Of a stretch of 39,667 nucleotides of DNA, positions 8,777 to 18,268 are shown in pieces. Under the pieces are notes generated by a model that saw only the letters and a program-made list of their open reading frames with translations, did no database searches and had not been told where the DNA came from. Source of the stretch: a virus. Lineage: Duplodnaviria > Caudoviricetes. The DNA is taken from positions 1-39,667 of the IMG/VR virus record IMGVR_UViG_3300018073_000012; one strand, given 5' to 3'. Each line of letters begins with the position of its first letter. Position 1 is the first letter of the stretch. The position numbers and the translations under genes were made by a program.

Positions 8777-9082
8777 ATGGCCGACAACCTACACAACGAA
8801 CTCGTGAAGAAGTACCGCGAGGCGGCAGTGTTCTTCGCCTCGCATGCTCCGCAGCAGCTCGGCAATCTGCTGAACAAGGACGACGTCCTCGCCGTGCGCG
8901 ACGATCTCCATGCGCTCTGTGACCAGATCGACGCCATCGTGCGCGACACCGCCGACTATGTGCAGGCCCGCACCGGCTTCACGATCGACGGCGCGTACAA
9001 GATCGACGTGCTGCGCGGCGCGCTCGACGGCAACCTGTTCTTCGAGATCGAGCAGGCGGCGAACGGGGAGAGCGACATATGA
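8777..9082 (+). CDS. Hypothetical protein
   Basis: GGAG RBS; operon context. Confidence 0.75.
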   Translation: MADNLHNELVKKYREAAVFFASHAPQQLGNLLNKDDVLAVRDDLHALCDQIDAIVRDTADYVQARTGFTIDGAYKIDVLRGALDGNLFFEIEQAANGESDI

Positions 9083-9297
9083 CACGCCTCCCGGCCGATA
9101 TAGAGGCGCTGCTTAACGGCAGCGGCCTGCCATGGCGCGTCGTCATGGGCAGCAGGCACCGCAAGGTGTTTGTCGGTAACCGGCTGTGCGCGATCATCCC
9201 CACGGGCGGCTCGACAAGGCTTCTGAGCATGCCCGGCCGCGCCCAGCGCAACACCATCTCGCAGATACGACGCGCCATCAGGGAGCAGGCGAAATGA
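9079..9297 (+). CDS. Small basic protein, possible HicA-like fold
   Basis: W.V..GSRH.K beta pattern plus terminal helix; ATGA coupling. Confidence 0.5.
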   Translation: MTRLPADIEALLNGSGLPWRVVMGSRHRKVFVGNRLCAIIPTGGSTRLLSMPGRAQRNTISQIRRAIREQAK

Positions 9298-9488
9298 GCA
9301 GCGCCAGCATTTTTCTCTGCCCGTGCGGCTCCGGCCTGCGCAGCGGCTGGGCGTTCGACGCTCGCGGCATCGCGCTGTGCCGGGTCTGCAACAAGTGCCG
9401 CGACCGCAAACTGTCGGTCTATCGGCCGGAGGTTCTGACCGACCCGAACTATGTTGCCAGCGAGCCAATCGAAGAGGACGAGCGATGA
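9294..9488 (+). CDS. Small Cys-rich Zn-binding protein
   Basis: CPCGSG...CRVCNKC; start re-called at 9294. Confidence 0.7.
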   Translation: MSSASIFLCPCGSGLRSGWAFDARGIALCRVCNKCRDRKLSVYRPEVLTDPNYVASEPIEEDER

Positions 9489-9727
9489 GGTTTTATCGGA
9501 TACTCAGCGACTACTATGTGGACGACAACGGCGTGATGTACTTCGCCACGCTGGCCACCGCCGAGAAGGCGGCGCGCGAGATTGCCGTTGATACCGGCCG
9601 CGCCTGCGAGGTCGAGCGGGTCGAGATGAACACCGACCGAGCGACGATCATCGCGCTCGCCAACGACCGCAGCTGGTGCAGCGGCAGCTTCGTGGTCTAC
9701 ACCGCGCATCCCGGGCGGGTGCGCTGA
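9485..9727 (+). CDS. Hypothetical protein
   Basis: GAGG RBS; ATGA overlap. Confidence 0.65.
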   Translation: MRFYRILSDYYVDDNGVMYFATLATAEKAAREIAVDTGRACEVERVEMNTDRATIIALANDRSWCSGSFVVYTAHPGRVR

Positions 9728-9969
9728 TGGGCGACAATGCTCATAAGGTCGGCCGCCGGACGAGCGTCACCAAGCCGGACCTCTGGTACTACGACCAGCT
9801 GCCGCCAACGGCGCGCCGCGCGCTGGCGGAGGCCGAGCGCGACTGGGCGGCGAGCTGGGTGTTCCTTCGCTGGCGCAAAGGCGCGCCCGGCTTCAAAACC
9901 GGCAAGGACTGCGCCGCGCAGGTCGCGCAGGCCGACCGCAAAACGCGATCGAAATGGACAGCCCCATGA
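9727..9969 (+). CDS. Hypothetical protein (DUF6525-like)
   Basis: YDQLPPTARRAL..A...W motif; TGATG coupling. Confidence 0.55.
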   Translation: MGDNAHKVGRRTSVTKPDLWYYDQLPPTARRALAEAERDWAASWVFLRWRKGAPGFKTGKDCAAQVAQADRKTRSKWTAP

Positions 9970-10445
9970 CAACCACGGCTAATGACACCAACACGACGGC
10001 GGCGCTGGTCGCTGGCCTGCGAGCCGCGCTGCGCGATCCAGAATGTCCGTTGCAATTCAGTCCGCTGCTCATGCAGTGCGCGCAGGTTCTCGACAAGCTC
10101 GCCATCACCGACAGGGCGTTACCGAGCGAGGCGCAGATAGCCCAAGCGATTGCCGAGAACATCGAGTTTAGCGGCGAGTTCGTTGATGGGGTCGGGTCAG
10201 TCGTCGTCACCGACGCAGCCAAGGCCGTTCTCGCCCTTTACACGGATCAGCCGACGTCAGCCGCGCCGCCAGAGCTGATCGCTGCCCTTGTCGAGGTCAC
10301 CAAAATCGCAAAAGAGGCGATCGACGACGTCGGCGGCTGTGACCACGATGCGGGCATCTGCGTCTGCCGGGAGATTGGGGCGATCGAGCGCGCCGTGGCC
10401 TTCATCAAATCACTTGCAAACGGCGAAGCAAAAACCTGTGGGTAA
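9966..10445 (+). CDS. Hypothetical protein with CDH...C.C motif
   Basis: ATGA coupling; GCDHDAGICVC. Confidence 0.65.
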   Translation: MTTTANDTNTTAALVAGLRAALRDPECPLQFSPLLMQCAQVLDKLAITDRALPSEAQIAQAIAENIEFSGEFVDGVGSVVVTDAAKAVLALYTDQPTSAAPPELIAALVEVTKIAKEAIDDVGGCDHDAGICVCREIGAIERAVAFIKSLANGEAKTCG

Positions 10446-10629
10446 GCCAGCGCCGTCAGCGCCGCCGCCGCCGTACGATATGCGCGACCAGCAGCCTGTG
10501 CGCCGCAGGGTCCACTGGCACGATCCGCCGCAGCTCAGCTGGGTCGACCGCCACCCGCACTGGGCAACGCTGCTGATCGCCGCCGCGGTGGCCGGGATCA
10601 CCGCAGCCGTTCTGCTTTTAGGGAGTTAG
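10438..10629 (+). CDS. Small protein with C-terminal TM helix
   Basis: GTG start overlapping the upstream stop; LLIAAAVAGITAAVLLLG. Confidence 0.5.
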   Translation: MGKPAPSAPPPPYDMRDQQPVRRRVHWHDPPQLSWVDRHPHWATLLIAAAVAGITAAVLLLGS

Positions 10630-10631
10630 CA

Positions 10632-10907
10632 ATGGCAGAGAACAAGACGATCGGCATTCGTTTGGCGCTGCGGCGCGAGGGCGCGTTCTGGAACGCATAC
10701 GTCGCGATGTCCGGCACGATGGAGGGTGCCTTCCTCATTGGCTCGATCTCGCTGAGAGCAGCCACAGCGCACCCGGAGATCAAAGACGGCTTTATGCAGC
10801 TCATGAAGCAAGTCCTCGCGGTGGCCGCCAAGGACGTCGTCGGCGAGCAGCAAATCATATGGGAAGTGACTGACGCGCCAGAGCACGAGCGATCGGGGCA
10901 CGGCTGA
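10632..10907 (+). CDS. Hypothetical protein
   Basis: GGGAG RBS; GIRLALRREG..WNAY. Confidence 0.75.
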   Translation: MAENKTIGIRLALRREGAFWNAYVAMSGTMEGAFLIGSISLRAATAHPEIKDGFMQLMKQVLAVAAKDVVGEQQIIWEVTDAPEHERSGHG

Positions 10908-11131
10908 TGAACGACAAGGATGACAGCGAGGACATCGCGCGGCGCGCCTACGACCTCTATCGTGAGCTGCAGCCGCGCGCGCGCTCTTGGAGCGACCTGT
11001 CACGAAACGACAAGGCCATGCTGATCTTCGTGGCGCACTTCCTGCGTGTCAGCGGGACCGCCGAACGAGATGACCGCGGGGAACGCCTCGACCCGCGGGC
11101 ATTCAATCCCAGAGGCACAGAAGGAAGCTGA
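10907..11131 (+). CDS. Hypothetical protein
   Basis: TGATG coupling. Confidence 0.6.
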   Translation: MNDKDDSEDIARRAYDLYRELQPRARSWSDLSRNDKAMLIFVAHFLRVSGTAERDDRGERLDPRAFNPRGTEGS

Positions 11132-11135
11132 TCCT

Positions 11136-11855
11136 ATGTTGAGATACCTCGCTGCGGCATTGCTCGTGGCCTTGGCAATGTCCACTCCTGCAAAGGCTGT
11201 GATCGTCAACGCCGCCGACGTCGGCGCTTCAGGGACTACGTCCCTGCAGGGCTACGCTGACATCGGCGTCGGCGGTGACACCGTCTCGGTCACCGGCCTG
11301 ACGGCGTCGCTGTTCCTTGAGTACACCGGCCTCACCAATGGTGGTCTGACTTGGAACTTCGACTATTCGATCACCAATACCTCGTCAGGCGGCACCCTGG
11401 CGAAGCTTACCTCGTTCGGCTTTGCGACAACGCCGAACGTGGCCTCCGGCACCTCGACCGGGTTGTTCGATACAGTCACGATCAATCCGAGCTTTCCCAA
11501 CGTCATGCAAGCCGGGCAGAACATCGACATCTGCTTTGCGCCTGACAGCGGGTGCCAGGGCGGCGTCGGCCTGCTCAATGGGCAGACGGCGGACGGCATG
11601 TTCACGCTGACGTTCGCGTCGGCGCTGGGTGCGATTTCGCTCGATCAGGCGTTCGTTCGTTTCCAGGAACTCACCGCCACCTCCCCGATCTACAACGTGA
11701 GCGGGGCGTCGGGTGTCGGCATCAGCAACAACGTGACGATCACGCCGCAGGTGGTCCCCGGTCCCATGCTGGGGGCGGGCCTCCCTGGTCTGCTCGCGGC
11801 CGGGCTCGGGCTGGTTGCCCTGGCGCGTCGTCGCCGGAGACTTGCCACCTCGTAA
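11136..11855 (+). CDS. Secreted PEP-CTERM-type (VPGP variant) surface protein, cistern-family-like
   Basis: Signal peptide ending AKA; G/T/S-rich beta domain (LTSFGF..TP, FPN, IDICF...GC.GG, F.RFQ); C-terminal VPGP-MLGAGLPGL-TM-RRRRR. Confidence 0.8.
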   Translation: MLRYLAAALLVALAMSTPAKAVIVNAADVGASGTTSLQGYADIGVGGDTVSVTGLTASLFLEYTGLTNGGLTWNFDYSITNTSSGGTLAKLTSFGFATTPNVASGTSTGLFDTVTINPSFPNVMQAGQNIDICFAPDSGCQGGVGLLNGQTADGMFTLTFASALGAISLDQAFVRFQELTATSPIYNVSGASGVGISNNVTITPQVVPGPMLGAGLPGLLAAGLGLVALARRRRRLATS

Positions 11856-11860
11856 AGCAA

Positions 11861-11952
11861 ACGCCCGGCGGGTGGGCTGGGGGACCTCGCCGGGCGTCTT
11901 TACAAGAACTCAACACTACGGAGCGCCGGGAAAGTAACCCGGCGCTCTTTTT
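11861..11952. terminator. Double hairpin at the convergence of early and late operons; intrinsic terminator(s)
   Basis: ACGCCCGGCG/CGCCGGGCGT (11861-11897); GAGCGCCGGG/CCCGGCGCTC plus TTTTT (11921-11952). Confidence 0.75.
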
Positions 11953-11955
11953 GCG

Positions 11956-12123
11956 TCAATCGAGACAGCGCGCCAGCAGTGCCTCGCGCCGCGCCATTGC
12001 CGCGCTGACCTCGTGCAGGATGTAGGCGAACCCCAGGAACGCAATGACGTTGACGATCAGCAGTGCCAGCAGGAAAGGCGTGGCGCGCAGGCTGTCGACG
12101 ACCTGCTTGGCCAGCTTGACCAT
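11956..12123 (-). CDS. Small single-TM protein (holin/lysis-accessory candidate)
   Basis: PFLLALLIVNVIAFLGFAYIL; TGATG coupling to the fibre stop; last late gene. Confidence 0.6.
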   Translation of the reverse strand: MVKLAKQVVDSLRATPFLLALLIVNVIAFLGFAYILHEVSAAMARREALLARCLD

Positions 12124-13523
12124 CACGGCACCCTGGTGATCGACATGAAGTTGATCTCGCCCGGGATCAGCAGGCACGAGCAGACAAACCTCGAACCGGC
12201 CACCGCGTCGAACGCGCCGTCGAGCGTCCAGCTCGCCGTGTTCGGGACCGCCGCGCCGCTCACATTGGTGACGTAGAGTGTGCATTGCCCGGAGACGTTG
12301 GCCGGGGAGATCACGCCGGAGCCGTTGTTCACAGCCGACTGGATCGGGCGCTTGCTCGGGTCGACGGTGATGGTCGCGCCCAGCAGGTTGCCCAGCGCCT
12401 TGACCACGACGCCAGCGCCGCCGCTGATGCTCTGCCCCTCCAGATTGTTGTAGCCGAACTCCAGCAGGACCGAACCCATCGTCCAGCCGCCGACCTTCAG
12501 CTTGTTGTCGTCGGCCAGCCCGAAGTTGACGCCGAATATGCCGGGCCGGACAAACGACATGAAGGCGTCGTCGGTGGTCGGCCCGCCGACCACCTGCAGC
12601 GCGTCCGACGAGCCCGCCTTGGTGATGTCGCCGAGCGACGGCGCACTGATCAGCAGGCCGGTCATGGTGTCGCCCGCAACGTCGACCTTGCCCGCCGCGC
12701 CGAGCCCGATCACGTCGTCGGCATACTTCTTGGTCGCGGCGTGCAGGTCCGCGGTCGGCGGCCCGGCCAGCTTCAAGAGGCTGGTCACGACCTCGACCTC
12801 GGCTGCGCCGCCGCCGACCAGCAGCCGTCCATCGGCGTGCCGCTCGAACTTGTGGCCGCTGGTGCCGAAGATGATCGGCGCACCGACGTCGTTCAGGCCG
12901 ATCGGCGCGTTCGGCCCCATCACCAGCGGGCCGGTCATGGTGTCGCCAGCGACCGCGACCCGGGCGTCGTCGCCAGCGTCGGTATAGGCCTTGGTCGAGG
13001 CGTGCAGCGGATCAGTCGGGTCGCCCGACAGCTTCAGCGGCCCGGTCATGGTGTCGCCAGCGACGTCGACCTTGGTGGCGTCCATGCCCGCGTCCTGCGC
13101 GACCCACGCGCTCCAGACACCGGCCTTCTTCTCGCGGACGTAGACCTTGCCCGGCAGGTCGGCGGTCGTCTCGTCGCGCGCCTCCAGCACCATATTGAGC
13201 GCGTCGGCCGCATAGCAGATGCCGACGAAGCCGTGCCCGGCAACCGGCGACGCGGTCGCCGACACCGCCGAATAGAACGAGCCCGGGACGAACGGGAAGA
13301 TGTCGTAATTGGTGACGGTCTGGAACGCCTCCTCGCCGCCCAGCTCGATCAGCGCGTCGTGCGCAGTGCCCGCGCCGGTGCCACCGGCGACGATCGGGCG
13401 CGGCACGTTGAGGTCCTGCTCGATGTCCTCGGCGAATGCGTTGTACTTCCCGCTCTCGATCGTGGTGTCGGGCACGCCCTTGATGCCGGGCGGGAGGCTG
13501 TAGGACCCTGAACCGTCGCGCAT
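12123..13523 (-). CDS. Tail fibre protein
   Basis: Podophage-like N-terminal anchor; 3x VAGDTMTG(P/L)L and HA.TK.Y.D fibre repeats; Gly-rich beta C-terminal domain. Confidence 0.8.
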   Translation of the reverse strand: MRDGSGSYSLPPGIKGVPDTTIESGKYNAFAEDIEQDLNVPRPIVAGGTGAGTAHDALIELGGEEAFQTVTNYDIFPFVPGSFYSAVSATASPVAGHGFVGICYAADALNMVLEARDETTADLPGKVYVREKKAGVWSAWVAQDAGMDATKVDVAGDTMTGPLKLSGDPTDPLHASTKAYTDAGDDARVAVAGDTMTGPLVMGPNAPIGLNDVGAPIIFGTSGHKFERHADGRLLVGGGAAEVEVVTSLLKLAGPPTADLHAATKKYADDVIGLGAAGKVDVAGDTMTGLLISAPSLGDITKAGSSDALQVVGGPTTDDAFMSFVRPGIFGVNFGLADDNKLKVGGWTMGSVLLEFGYNNLEGQSISGGAGVVVKALGNLLGATITVDPSKRPIQSAVNNGSGVISPANVSGQCTLYVTNVSGAAVPNTASWTLDGAFDAVAGSRFVCSCLLIPGEINFMSITRVP

Positions 13524-15136
13524 TACTGCCGCTCCTGCTTTTCGCGTTCCAATAGCTGCAGCGTGATGGCGTCGCGCAGCGTCTGCGTGCTGCCGTCCGA
13601 CAGCCCGCCTCCCGGCACCATCGGTGAGGTCGCCGCGCGGTACTGATAAAGCGGGCTGCGTTGCGCGATCGTGTCACGCAGCGCGTCGATCTGGCCAGCC
13701 GCCCGCCGGTTGGCGAGCATGCGCAGCCCCAGCCCCGTGGCGGAGGTGGCGAGCCCGTAGGCTAGACCGTTGTTGTCGTCGCCGCCGATATACTTGCCGC
13801 CGACTGCGCCAGCCGCCAGCGCACCAAGCCCGCCGCCGCCGCCCAGATACTTGTCCACATAGCTCAGTGTGCGGCTCGCCGGGCCTTGCCCGCGCGCGAA
13901 CAGGTCGAGCGCGGCCCGCTCAGGATCGTTGTACCCGGCGCGCGAGAACGCGCTGCTGCCGTCCTTTTCCTTCAGGCCGGTCCTGACCGCCTTCTGCAGC
14001 TCGTTGCGCAGGTTCAGCCCGGAATGCGTCGCGCCAGCGGTGCGCGCGGAATTGTCGATCAGCTCCTCGATCGCCTGCGTGCGCTTGAACGCGCCGTGCT
14101 GCTGGTGCGCGATGTTGGCGACCTGCGCGGCGTTGGCGGCGAGGTGCTCGGTGCCAGGAACCGCAGCGCCGCGCGGCGGATTGCGGATGAAGTCGTCGAT
14201 GCCGCGCCGGACCACGGAGGCGTTACCTGCGTCGGTCGGCGTCAGGCCTTTCACCTCGTTGCCCGCGACGCCCTTGCGGACGAAGTCGAGGTCGCCGGGC
14301 GTGATGTACTGACGCCCGGTCGCCGCCGCTGTTGGCGGATTGTGCAGCTGGTTGACGGTGCGGAACGACTGCGGGCTGGTCGTCTCGTGCGCGTTGCGGA
14401 CCATGCGCAGCTGGTTCTCGATGTCAAAGGCGCGGCCCGACAGGCTCTCCGGCGTATACCGGGCCGGGTGCCGCTCCAGCACCCCATAGGCCGCGGTCTT
14501 GGCCGCCTCCTGCTCGGCGGCAGTCGGGGCGCGGGCTCCCGATACCAGCGGGCGCGGGCCGACTGCTGCACCGGTTGCGCCACCGCTTGCGAGGCCGATC
14601 ACGCCGCCCATTGCCGCGTTCTTGGCATAGTCGGCCGGGTTGCCGGTGTAGGTGTTGCCTGCGCCCTGCGCGCCGCCGATCAGTGCGCCTTCGGCACCGT
14701 AGGAGGCGGCGCGGCCGCCCCAGCCAGCGAGCCGCCCGCCGTAGGTGGCGAGGCGCGCAGCGAGCGCCGCAGCGACGCGCGACGGTATGAGCGCGGAGCC
14801 GACAGCGTTGCCCACGGCGCTGGCGATCGGGCTGCGCTCGCGCGCCTGCTGTGATCTGAGCAGCTCGGCCTTGAGGTTCTCATCGTAGCCGCCGCCGACC
14901 CCGAGTGCGGCATCGGCACCGGCGGCGAGCCGATCGGCCGTGCCAAAGCTGACAGCGTTGCCCGCCGCGCGGACCGTGTCGTCGGCGATCTGCGGCAGGT
15001 CCTCGACCGTCTGCACGCCCTGCCAAGTCCGCGGACCCTCCGGCACCCACTTGTCGGTCGGCTTGTCGGATGGGCGCACCACGATGCGCGCGGTCGGCTC
15101 GGTTTCCGGTGTGGCGAGAACCCATGTGTCTGACAT
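13523..15136 (-). CDS. Putative internal virion (ejection) protein
   Basis: Ala/Gly-rich with hydrophobic glycine-zipper helices; third gene of the ejection cluster. Confidence 0.65.
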   Translation of the reverse strand: MSDTWVLATPETEPTARIVVRPSDKPTDKWVPEGPRTWQGVQTVEDLPQIADDTVRAAGNAVSFGTADRLAAGADAALGVGGGYDENLKAELLRSQQARERSPIASAVGNAVGSALIPSRVAAALAARLATYGGRLAGWGGRAASYGAEGALIGGAQGAGNTYTGNPADYAKNAAMGGVIGLASGGATGAAVGPRPLVSGARAPTAAEQEAAKTAAYGVLERHPARYTPESLSGRAFDIENQLRMVRNAHETTSPQSFRTVNQLHNPPTAAATGRQYITPGDLDFVRKGVAGNEVKGLTPTDAGNASVVRRGIDDFIRNPPRGAAVPGTEHLAANAAQVANIAHQQHGAFKRTQAIEELIDNSARTAGATHSGLNLRNELQKAVRTGLKEKDGSSAFSRAGYNDPERAALDLFARGQGPASRTLSYVDKYLGGGGGLGALAAGAVGGKYIGGDDNNGLAYGLATSATGLGLRMLANRRAAGQIDALRDTIAQRSPLYQYRAATSPMVPGGGLSDGSTQTLRDAITLQLLEREKQERQ

Positions 15137-18100
15137 CAGTCAAGGTCCTCCCATCCGTCGAGCGTGAGCAGCCTGCGCTTCTTGGTCCGCGGATTGGTGA
15201 AGATTTGTCCGGGCGTCGCGTTCGGGACATCCTTCATCTCGACGCTGATCTTTTCCTGTTCTCTGGCGCGCGTCGCACGCCGCTCGGCGTCGAACTTCGT
15301 CGCCTGCTGCTGGCCCGTCTCGCCGAGAATGGCGTACAGCGAACCGGTGATGCCCTTGCGCTGCTCGGCCTTGTTGCGCAGCGTGAGTGCGTCGTCGCCG
15401 TAGCGCGGGATCAGGTCCTCCATGTGCTTGGCGAGTTCCTGCGCCCCGATCACTGCGCCAGACGTGTCGCGCAAGTGCGCCGTGATCAGGTTCGACGCCG
15501 CGTTGCGCAGCACACGATACTGCGCCGACACCAGCGAGTTGTTGAGATACGGCACGCGACCTGCCAGCTCGTCGCGCAGACCCTGCGCCAAAATCTGGTC
15601 GCCGTTCGGTATCCGATTGTACTGGTCGGCCGCGGTGGCCGCCTTGGTGTAGAGCCCGAAGTGGCGCACCTGATGCTCGGCCATGTCCTTGGGCGTGTCC
15701 GGCAGACCGGCCGGGCGCTCGTAGGGCTGCGCCGCCTCGCCGGGCTGCGGCTTGCGGCGCTGATAGGTCTTGCCGTTCTCGGTGACGGTTTCAAAGCCCT
15801 GCATCTCCTGCAGCACCTTGTTGAGGTCGGCCTGCGCCTTCGCGATCGCCAGCGGCTCGCGCCGCAGCTCCGCCTGATCGCGCGCAATCTTCAGCCGGGT
15901 CGCGAGCTGCTCCAGCTGCTCCTTGGGCATGTCGTGGAGCTTCTTCTCATAGTCGTCGCGCAGCTTGTCGGTGCGGGCGCGCTGGTAGTTGTAGTTGTCG
16001 TCGACCTGTTTCTGCTGCCACTGGCGCGTCGCCTCCTCGCGCGCGATCACGCCCTTGGCGTGGGCCTTGATCTCGTCGCTGGCATAGGGATCACGCTGGA
16101 CGGCGTCCCAGTATCGCTGCGCCGCGGTGGGCGGCAGCCGGTTGGGCGGCGTCGGCGGGTCGGGCGGCGGCGTCAGGACCGGCTGCGAGGCCCCGGGGAT
16201 CGGCTCGCTGGCGAGCGGGTCGACGCCCGGCGCACCGGGCACCGCAGAGCCGCGCTGCAGCTCGCCCGGCACCGCAGGTGCCGCGCCACCCATCATCGGG
16301 CGCTGCGCCAGCGGGATCGGCGAGATGTCGTTCACAACGATCGGCGGGTTCTGGCCTCGACTAGAACCAGCCTGCGCCACCGAAGTCCCATTCGAGCGTG
16401 CCTGAGGACGGGATGCCCCAGTCGTTATCTCCGGGGGCAGGTTCGCCCCCGCCAAAGTAGGGTTTGGTTGAGGCACCCCCTGCCCCTGCGGATCGGTGAA
16501 GGCGAGACTGGCCTCGGCCGGTTCGCCGTTCTGCTGTTTCTGGGCCAGCACAGCCGCCACGATGGCGTCACGGTCGGTGCCCTGCTGCGGCGATGCCCCC
16601 TGCGCGACCAGCGGGACCTGTGGGGAGCCGCTCGACCCGGCGCGGTTGAGGTAGTCCTGGCCGTAGGCGCTGACCGTCAGGCGGCCGTGCTGATCGGTGG
16701 CGTTGAGGTTGCGCATGCCCTTCTCGCCCGCGTACCACGCCCGCGCCGCACCCTCCTCGCCGTAGCGGTCGACGTAGCCGCCGAACCGGTGCTTGAAGGT
16801 GTCGTCCTGCGCCTGCTGGTCGCGCAGGAACTCCTGCGGCGTCATCCGCCGCCCCAGCGCCGCCTCGGTCCACGCCGGGATGTTATTGCCCATCATCTGA
16901 TAGGCCCCGTAGGCGCGGTCGCCGGAGCGCGTCACCGCACCCAGCAGGGAGTAGGGGTCGCGCGAGCCGCCGCTCTCGATGCCCTTGATGCCGCCCGCCC
17001 ACCGCGTAACGTCCTCGGGCGAGTAGCGACCCTGCTGGTCGATCGGGTTATAGCCGCCCTCGACGTCGGGGCGCGGCCGCGGCAGCGGGGTCCCAGAAGG
17101 CGCTGCCGCGCCCCCGCCTTCGAAGTATGGCGACGGCGTGCCGCCCTGCTCGATTTCCGCGGCCTGACGCAGCTGCCATTCACGCGCCTCCGGCGACACC
17201 TGATTGCGCCAATCCGGGTTCGATCCATCGCTGGCAAAGCGGGCACCGACTTGCGTGCGCTCGCCGGTGACGGGGTCCTCCGAATAGCGAGGCAGCGCCC
17301 TGACACCGCGGGGCAGCTGCGGCATCGCCGCCGGGGCGGTCGGCTCGGCCTCGACAGCCCGATTGACGATCGGCGGCTGCGCCATCGACAGGCGGTCGCC
17401 CTTCATCAGCGGGGCGCGCTCCGCCGGGAGCAGGTCCTGCGGGATCGACAGCGTCTCCTCGAAATACGGGACCGGGGCCCCGCCGGGCATCGGCAGCGGC
17501 GCGCCGCCCGCCGGGCGGTCGCTGATCGCATTGAAGCGGTCAGCGAAGCTGTCGACGCCGGGCTCGGGCGCTTCCGCCACCACCGGCGGCGGCGCTGGCT
17601 CGTAGGCGGCGGGCGCGTGCGTCGGCGCGATCGGACCCAGGTGCTGCACAAAGCGGCTCGGGTCGCCTCGGGTCACGATATTGTTCGGCCGCCCCTCGAA
17701 AAACGGCGGCGGGTTTTCAGGGAGCTGCGTTGCGGGCCGCGGCGCGACGGCAGGCAGCGGCGCTGGCGCGGTATCGGGCAGCGGGACCTCGCGCGGCGCG
17801 TCGGTCGTGACCTCGCCCTCGGTGGCCAGAGGCGTGGCGCTGGTCGCCGGAGGCGGAGCCGCGGCTGGGGCGACCCGTACTGTCGGCACCGGCCTCGCGA
17901 CGATCGGTGCTGCGGTCTGTGGCACGACCGACGCAGGCTGGCGCACGACCGGCGGTGCAATGACGACAGGGTTCTCGCCGGTCGTCTCGCCGGGGGCGCG
18001 CGCGCCGACACCCTGATTGTATTTCCGCGCTTCCGCCTCGGCCTGCTGCAGCCGCCAGTTCAGTCCGGCTTCGCCGATGCTCTCGCCGAGATAGGTCAGC

Positions 18101-18267
18101 CCCTCGCCGAGCGTCTTAGGGAAGCCCTTCTGGCGAGCGGCAAGCGCCGCCGCGATTGCGCGGCGCTTCTTCAGCTCGTCAGCCGTCAGTCCGGTGTTGC
18201 CGCCGAAGATGAACCCCAGCGGATTGAGGCCTGCGCTCTCGTCGACGCCGTCTGATTTTGCCACCAT
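15136..18267 (-). CDS. Large internal virion (ejection) protein with lysozyme/transglycosylase-like domain
   Basis: GIESGG...AYGAYQ...W...MTPQEFL.D..AQD..F...AARAWYAG flanked by Pro-rich linkers; coiled-coil C-terminus. Confidence 0.75.
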   Translation of the reverse strand: MVAKSDGVDESAGLNPLGFIFGGNTGLTADELKKRRAIAAALAARQKGFPKTLGEGLTYLGESIGEAGLNWRLQQAEAEARKYNQGVGARAPGETTGENPVVIAPPVVRQPASVVPQTAAPIVARPVPTVRVAPAAAPPPATSATPLATEGEVTTDAPREVPLPDTAPAPLPAVAPRPATQLPENPPPFFEGRPNNIVTRGDPSRFVQHLGPIAPTHAPAAYEPAPPPVVAEAPEPGVDSFADRFNAISDRPAGGAPLPMPGGAPVPYFEETLSIPQDLLPAERAPLMKGDRLSMAQPPIVNRAVEAEPTAPAAMPQLPRGVRALPRYSEDPVTGERTQVGARFASDGSNPDWRNQVSPEAREWQLRQAAEIEQGGTPSPYFEGGGAAAPSGTPLPRPRPDVEGGYNPIDQQGRYSPEDVTRWAGGIKGIESGGSRDPYSLLGAVTRSGDRAYGAYQMMGNNIPAWTEAALGRRMTPQEFLRDQQAQDDTFKHRFGGYVDRYGEEGAARAWYAGEKGMRNLNATDQHGRLTVSAYGQDYLNRAGSSGSPQVPLVAQGASPQQGTDRDAIVAAVLAQKQQNGEPAEASLAFTDPQGQGVPQPNPTLAGANLPPEITTGASRPQARSNGTSVAQAGSSRGQNPPIVVNDISPIPLAQRPMMGGAAPAVPGELQRGSAVPGAPGVDPLASEPIPGASQPVLTPPPDPPTPPNRLPPTAAQRYWDAVQRDPYASDEIKAHAKGVIAREEATRQWQQKQVDDNYNYQRARTDKLRDDYEKKLHDMPKEQLEQLATRLKIARDQAELRREPLAIAKAQADLNKVLQEMQGFETVTENGKTYQRRKPQPGEAAQPYERPAGLPDTPKDMAEHQVRHFGLYTKAATAADQYNRIPNGDQILAQGLRDELAGRVPYLNNSLVSAQYRVLRNAASNLITAHLRDTSGAVIGAQELAKHMEDLIPRYGDDALTLRNKAEQRKGITGSLYAILGETGQQQATKFDAERRATRAREQEKISVEMKDVPNATPGQIFTNPRTKKRRLLTLDGWEDLD

Positions 18268-18268
18268 G

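Noticed and set aside
9079-9297. HicAB toxin-antitoxin pair
   Set aside because: HicA resemblance is weak and no HicB-like neighbour was recognised
15070-18255. 1061-aa plus-strand ORF, and similar long antisense ORFs (473..1495, 1865..3223, 12285..13511, 33307..34521)
   Set aside because: Shadow frames of high-GC genes; Arg-rich with no motifs; the opposite strand carries recognisable proteins
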